Position numbers and translations under genes: made by a program. Of a stretch of 64,000 bases of DNA, positions 58,261-64,000 are shown piece by piece. Location: assembly GCF_006345805.1 (NCBI RefSeq), contig NC_043004.1, forward strand, positions 81,468,001-81,532,000, read 5' to 3'. Source of the DNA: Octopus sinensis (Eukaryota). Within the stretch, counting starts at the first letter, position 1. Each line of letters starts with the position of its first letter. The notes under the pieces are model-generated. The model had not been told where the DNA came from. It did no database searches and worked only from the letters and a program-made list of their open reading frames with translations.

Positions 58261-58669
58261 GGGAGCACCCCAGCCATGTGTTGAAAGGAATTCTTTGGTG
58301 TTTGGATAATTCACCTTTGAAAATATGGGTGTTTTGTTCAACATCCTTAAACAATCCTTATTCAGGGACCTTTTAAGCAGGATGGGCATCTTGAGATATT
58401 TTGAGATATTTTGTCTATGGACAAACAAACAAGGTGGAGGTAATAATAATAATCCTTTCAACTATAGGCACAAGGCCTGAAATATTGGGGGAAAGGGACC
58501 GGTTGATTAGATCAATCCCAGTACGCAACTGGTACTTAATTTATTGACCCCGAATGAAAGGCAAAGTCGACTTCGGTGAAATTTGAACTCAGAACGTAAT
58601 GATGGGTGAAATACTGCTAAGCATTCCATCCAGCATAGTAACGATTCTGCCAGCTCACCACCTTAATGA

Positions 58670-58703
<34 letters not shown>

Positions 58704-58875
58704 GGTGGTGGTGGTGGTGGTGGTGATGCTGGTGATGATGATGATGGTGGTGGTGGTGGTGGTGGTGGTGGCGGCGGTGTTGGTGATGGTGATGACGATG
58801 ATGATGATGATGATGATGATGTTGATGATGATTATGATGATGAAATTTAATTATTTTTGTATGTTTTTTTTTCAG

Positions 58876-58978
58876 AACAAGCAGCCTGATTATTCCTGCA
58901 GCTACATCATTTTAAAGACTGATGGCGAATACGAGGGACATGGTTTTACTTTCACAGTTGGACGGGGAAATGAAATAG
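58876..58978 (+). CDS. ENOSF1: ENOSF1-B exon 2
   Basis: NKQPDYSCSYIILKTDGEYEGHGFTFTVGRGNEI; intact AG/GT. Confidence 0.95.
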
Positions 58979-59059
58979 GTAAGAGAAGACATTATTGTTG
59001 TTGTCATCGAGCAAAGAAAGACGTTATCTAATCCCTGCTCCTATGGCATTCCCCTGGAA

Positions 59060-59222
59060 GTGTTTTCTCCAGGAAACTGACATTTCCAGATACTAGATCT
59101 CAGGACTGAGGGCTAGATATTAGAGATCTGAACACAGCAATGCAGGACTGTGTAGTGTGGAAAGGGATTGTCAATGGAGTTGCGACCAGCCATAGGTTGG
59201 TTGAAGGATGATGATGATATTA
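59060..59222 (+). mobile_element. Probable RTE-type LINE 3' end
   Basis: LDIRDLNTAMQDCVVWKGIV followed by a (GAT)n tail. Confidence 0.45.
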
Positions 59223-59531
59223 TTATTGATGGTGGGGTGACCTTCTTGCTTCCTCAAGGCATCTCTGATAAAAGTTGTTGTCTGCAAACACCTTTTCATC
59301 TGGCATAACTAGGACCAGAGGGTGGCCAGATGACTGAATTTTCCAGATCATCACCTTTTAAATTACCATAACCCCTTACAAAACTCATGAAAAACTCTCT
59401 CTTTATACATCAATGACAGAACATAATAGAAATGAAAGAAATAGCAAGAAATAAAAATACAGCTAAGTGCATGATAGGTGTGAAACCAATGGTCACTCTC
59501 TGACCAACCACAACAAACAACCTTCTAAATA

Positions 59532-60330
59532 TCTCTCTATATATAAACGGCAGTTTGTCTGTCTGTGTGTCTGTCCGGTTGTACCCTCACCCTGACCACG
59601 GCTTTCAACCGATTCTGATGAGACTTGACACACACATAGCCCAATGTCATAATTCAAAACTAACGCAGCGAAAATTTTGAAAAGTTCCCCCAGTTCTGAA
59701 AAAAAATCGATAAATTCGACATGGGTCGAGAATCTAAGCTTTTTATATGCAACACATTTTCTACAGACTGTCTAAGGGGCGCAACTCGACCTTTTTAACT
59801 CTCGGAACACGTGGGGTAAGTATCCCAAAATGTATAAAAATGTACAAAAACGGCAAAAAAGCGGGCAGCAATGTGAGTGACAACAACGAAAAAGTCAAAA
59901 GTGACCAAACTGAACAAACGAATGGAAAAGGTTTTTTGATGCACACGACAAAAGCGGTTTATAATAAACCAAGAGTTTGCAAGTAGCGTCCGAGGACCCT
60001 TAGGGTACATCAAAAATTTAAGGTAAAACGTTTGGGGTGGTAGTTATAAAGAAAGTGTAAACAAAAAGAGTATTCAAATAACTTGCGGCTGCAGCAGCTA
60101 TTAGCAGAAGTGGTGGTGTTGGGGGTAAAGTCTCGAATGTAATTTCTTCCTGGTAGGAATTGGTTGGGTTGAATTATCGATAGCTGTTTGATAGTTATTT
60201 GGGAGTGAAGAGAAGACATTGCAACCTACACATGCGCCTTCGTTCCCTAGAGGGAAAGGACTAGATTGGGATTAGTCGTTGCCTACTAGGGGCTCTTACA
60301 TACCCGGGCAACGCCGGGCTATGCTGCTAG
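59532..60330 (+). mobile_element. Non-autonomous Helitron
   Basis: A|TCTCTCTATATATAAACGGC; hairpin CCCGGGCAACGCCGGG; CTAG|T. Confidence 0.85.
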
Positions 60331-61090
60331 TATATATATAAAACATCTTGGGGTATATTTCTTTCCCTCTGAAGAAATGCTCAGGGCATATGAATCTAAT
60401 ATTTAATTAATTCACTGAGTATTAATTGAAACAGCTGTAAGGCATAATGATTAATTTGTTGTTGATAATGAACATTTATTAACTTCACAATCTCCATTTT
60501 CTTTTTCTTCCTTTATATGAATATAAAATACATGGTTTTATATATATATATAAACCTATTATTCTAAGGAAATCAATTCCCCCAAAATATTAGGTATTGA
60601 ACCAATATTTCCTAGGAGGACACCATCCCTTCATGAAGTTAGCATAACCTCTAAGCCTCTAATTGAATTTTATATATATGTGTATATATATATATTTACT
60701 CAGGAAGAGCATCCAGCTGTAGAAACACTGCCAGATCAAACTGGAGCCTGGTGCAGCCTCCTGGCTTCCCAGACCCTGGTCGAACCGTCCAACCCATGCT
60801 AGCACGGAAAGCAGACGTTAAACGATGATGATGATGATGATTTGGAATTTAATTAATTAGCATGAATTAGTGAAAATTCTCTTGACTAAAGACATTAAAA
60901 AAAAATTTATTCTTGGTTCCAGTTATTTGAGTACGAAACAGGAAAAAGTTCACTGTATTAATTGTATAAGTTATCATTTACTTGGTATTGTATTTCGTTT
61001 ATAAGATTCTCAAGGTGAACTTATGTGTTGAAGCAGATTTCATTGTGCCGCAGGCAGGTCATTCTGTTAATAATGAACAAATACACACAC

Positions 61091-61381
61091 ACTGGTTTCA
61101 TTTCACTTCTTTATCATATATTTGTCAATTAGTTAATTATTTAACAAATTAACTGACTAATTGTTTGAGTAATTGATGATTCACTCAATTAATAAGATCT
61201 GTCAAAGTCTTTTTGCCACCATTCATGACCTTATCAACAACATGCTGTCTCTGCTCCAGGTCACCTTTGATAAACATAGCTTATTGAGTGATGAACTGAA
61301 CAAGAAATCAACCAATCAATTAATCAGGTGGTTAAATAGTTAACCAATTGACAAATTTTAAAGAACTGAAATAGAACCAGT
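61091..61381. repeat. Old foldback/inverted-repeat element
   Basis: 61091-61145 is an imperfect reverse complement of 61331-61381; inner arms at 61182-61197 and 61280-61291; related sequence starts the 53669 units. Confidence 0.55.
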
Positions 61382-61486
61382 ACATGTATTTATTATCAGC
61401 TAAATGACCCTCCCAAAATGAAACAAAATGATTTTCTTGATATTATGTTATATAGTTCACTGATATTTCTACTACTTTTTGTCCAG

Positions 61487-61602
61487 TCTGTTGTGCTGTT
61501 AAGTCTCTCAGTAAACTTGTTGTTGGTACCAAAATCAAAGATATTTACAAAGACTTTGGAATGTTCTGGAGACAATTGACCAGTGATGACCAAATGCGAT
61601 GG
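61487..61602 (+). CDS. ENOSF1: ENOSF1-B exon 3
   Basis: VCCAVKSLSKLVVGTKIKDIYKDFGMFWRQLTSDDQMRW; 116 nt. Confidence 0.95.
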
Positions 61603-62371
61603 GTCTGTATTTTATTTATTAATAGATATTATTTTTCTGTTTACAAACCATTAATTTTCCTTTTAAATGAACTTCATAAATTAATTGTACAGTCCAATTT
61701 TATAAATGAATTGTACAGTCCAATTATGCACGGGGGTTGATGTAATCGACTTAATCTGTTAGTCTGTCCTTGTTTGTGCCCTCTGTGTTTGGCCCCTTGC
61801 GGGCAGTAAAGAAATAGGTATTTCGTCTGTCTTTACATTTTGAGTTCAAATTCCACTGAGGTCAACTTTGCCTTTCATCCTTTTGGGGTCGATTAAATAA
61901 GTACTAGTTATGCACTGGGGCTGATGTAATTGACTTAATCCCTTCCCTCAGATTTGAGGTCTTGTGCTTAGGGTGTCAGCATCATGATCGAAAGATTGTG
62001 GTTTCGATTCCTGGACCAGGCGATGCGTTGTGTTCTTGAGCAAAACACTTCATTTCACGTTGCTCCTGTCCACTCAGCTGGCAAAAATGAGTAGCGCTGC
62101 GATGGATTGGCGTCCCGTCCAGCTGGGGAATACATACGCTATAGAAACTGGGAAACTGGGCCCATGAGCCTGGCTAGGCTTTAAAAGGGTGCATTTATTT
62201 ATTTTATTTAATATATTTTACGGTTTTTGGTAAAAGATTATTGTTGCCATTTTATTTATATGGGTCTGGTGGAGCTGTTTAGTAAGCCGTGATCTAAAAG
62301 CTACATTGTTTCTCACTGCCTGAAGAACACAAGAAATGAATTGCATATTAACTTAAACCATTCCATTGCAG

Positions 62372-62458
62372 ATTGGTCCTGAAAAAGGTGTGATTCACTT
62401 GGCAACTGCTGCCATTGTGAATGCTCTGTGGGACTTGTGGGCCAAAATTGAAGGAAAG
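62372..62458 (+). CDS. ENOSF1: ENOSF1-B exon 4 (gene presumably continues beyond the window)
   Basis: IGPEKGVIHLATAAIVNALWDLWAKIEGK; one synonymous difference from copy A. Confidence 0.96.
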
Positions 62459-62465
62459 GTAAGAC

Positions 62466-62508
<43 letters not shown>

Positions 62509-62512
<4 letters not shown>

Positions 62513-63009
62513 GAACATGCCTCCTCATTGATATGACTGTCTCAATCGATATAAATGTATCTGTCAAGACCTACCAAAAACTGAGCAAATATAAAGATCT
62601 TGAAATAGAAATCAGTAAAATGTGGAACCTGAAGACTAAAACAATACCTGTTGTCATAGGTGCCCTGGGAATGATAGCAAAAGGGGCTGATAGCTACCTA
62701 ACTCAGATACCAGGAAACCCAAAAATGGCAGAAATTCAAAAGATAGTGCTCATGGGAACTGCTCATATCCTACGCAAAATACTTTCTATGTAATCTCAAG
62801 GTTTAAAACAAACATAATTTTCGGTTTAAAAAAAAAAAATTATATTTTTTTTTAGACATTCATTAGTACAACACCAAAAACTCCCCCCCCCCCAAATATA
62901 TGGCACACTAGGCATAACAACAACATGAACTTCCAACCTGTTGTCTCTTGAGGTCTCTGGGTGAGACTTGGAGCCAACTTGTACAAATATAAAGCAAAAG
63001 TCAAATATA

Positions 63010-63010
<1 letters not shown>
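62509..63010 (+). mobile_element. R4/Dong-type 3' fragment (family B) inside (TAA)n
   Basis: LLIDMTVSID..YQKLSKYKDLEIEISKMWNLKTKTIPVVIGALG..ILRKILSM*; 3'UTR matches 50275-50472; TAA tracts on both sides. Confidence 0.9.
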
Positions 63011-63053
<43 letters not shown>

Positions 63054-63346
63054 GTTTTTATTTTCTTCTGCATCATTCTGTATATTCTACCAGTAACTGA
63101 GAAATATCTTCTGGTCACAAATGGTCAGTCTTTGGGCTATATACATAGGAGGATTTGAACTCAGTACCATGAGGTAATTAGATGCATCTGAGGGTTTGCT
63201 ATAGACTTTGTAGGGTAATGGACAAGATGTGTTGTGGTATTGAGTTACATCCAATCACATTCTAAATCCAAGTTCTGCTGGGTTTACTTTGAACTTTATA
63301 TTGTTATGCAGATCAATAGAATAAACCAGACAACTATTAAAAAATG

Positions 63347-63377
63347 TAGTAGTATTAGTAGTAGTAGTAGTAGTAGT

Positions 63378-63436
<59 letters not shown>

Positions 63437-63450
63437 CAACAGTAGAAGAG

Positions 63451-63481
<31 letters not shown>

Positions 63482-63507
63482 CAGTAGCAGTAGCAACAGT
63501 AGAAGAG

Positions 63508-63544
<37 letters not shown>

Positions 63545-63564
63545 CAGTAGCAACAGTAGAAGAG

Positions 63565-63595
<31 letters not shown>

Positions 63596-63830
63596 CAGTA
63601 GCAACAGTAGAAGAGGTAGTAGTAGTAGTAGTAGTAGTAGTAGCAGCAGCAGCAGCAGTAGTAGTAGTAGCAGTAGCAACAGTAGTAGAGGTAGTAGTAG
63701 TAGTAGCAGCAGCAGCAGTAATAGTAGTAGTAGTAGTAGCTGCAGTAGTAGTAGTAGCAGCAGCAGCTGCAGTAGTAGTAGCAGCAGCAGTAGTAGAGGT
63801 AGTAGCAGCAGCAGCTGCAGTAGTAGTTGT

Positions 63831-63901
<71 letters not shown>

Positions 63902-63925
63902 CAGCAGCAGCAGTTGCAGCAGTGT
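63347..63925. repeat. (AGT)n/(AGC)n microsatellite with a higher-order repeat
   Basis: AGCAACAGTAGAAGAGG at 63435, 63492, 63549 and 63600, variant at 63675. Confidence 0.95.
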
Positions 63926-64000
63926 CTGATGTTTTATTATTTTATGCAGTTTTTATCAATTTTTATGTTTTGATGTGATTTGTACTATTTAAAAAAAAAA

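Noticed and set aside
55081-62458. Copy B as an uncollapsed haplotype (false duplication)
   Set aside because: About 8% non-coding divergence, 20 exonic differences and largely different intron TE content are too much for alleles.
63234-63929. 231-aa poly-Ser ORF and other poly-M/V/P/H/L ORFs (19491-20063, 28284-28783, 32784-33344, 34265-34882, 58599-59031)
   Set aside because: They are translations of triplet microsatellites with no non-repetitive domain.

Overview
AT-rich, microsatellite- and SINE-dense metazoan genomic DNA; the repeat complement suggests an Octopus/coleoid genome (inference). Genes, all on the + strand: the last coding exon of a DCN1-like neddylation E3 (DCUN1D1/2-type, 3-77); a complete 16-exon ENOSF1 (L-fuconate dehydratase, enolase superfamily; 14844-47015, 440 aa, catalytic motifs intact); and a tandem paralog ENOSF1-B whose first 4 exons (55081-62458) lie in the window. 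The remainder is mostly transposons: several tRNA-derived SINE families, CR1-type LINEs (two very young copies), TAA-microsatellite-embedded R4/Dong-type retroelements, mariner/maT/pogo relics, TTAA MITEs, a 6-bp-TSD MITE and non-autonomous Helitrons. Most notable observations: (i) a palindromic element made of two back-to-back tRNA-like heads, each arm ending in a Penelope-type minimal hammerhead ribozyme motif; (ii) the ENOSF1 paralogs are identical around exon 1 except for an 11-nt island that recodes the substrate-capping 20s loop and moves the stop of an overlapping uORF; (iii) a stacked Dong array in a TAA tract; (iv) an exact 95-bp templated insertion at a LINE 5' junction. All coordinates and counts were read by eye; repeat boundaries are approximate unless a TSD or TIR is cited.
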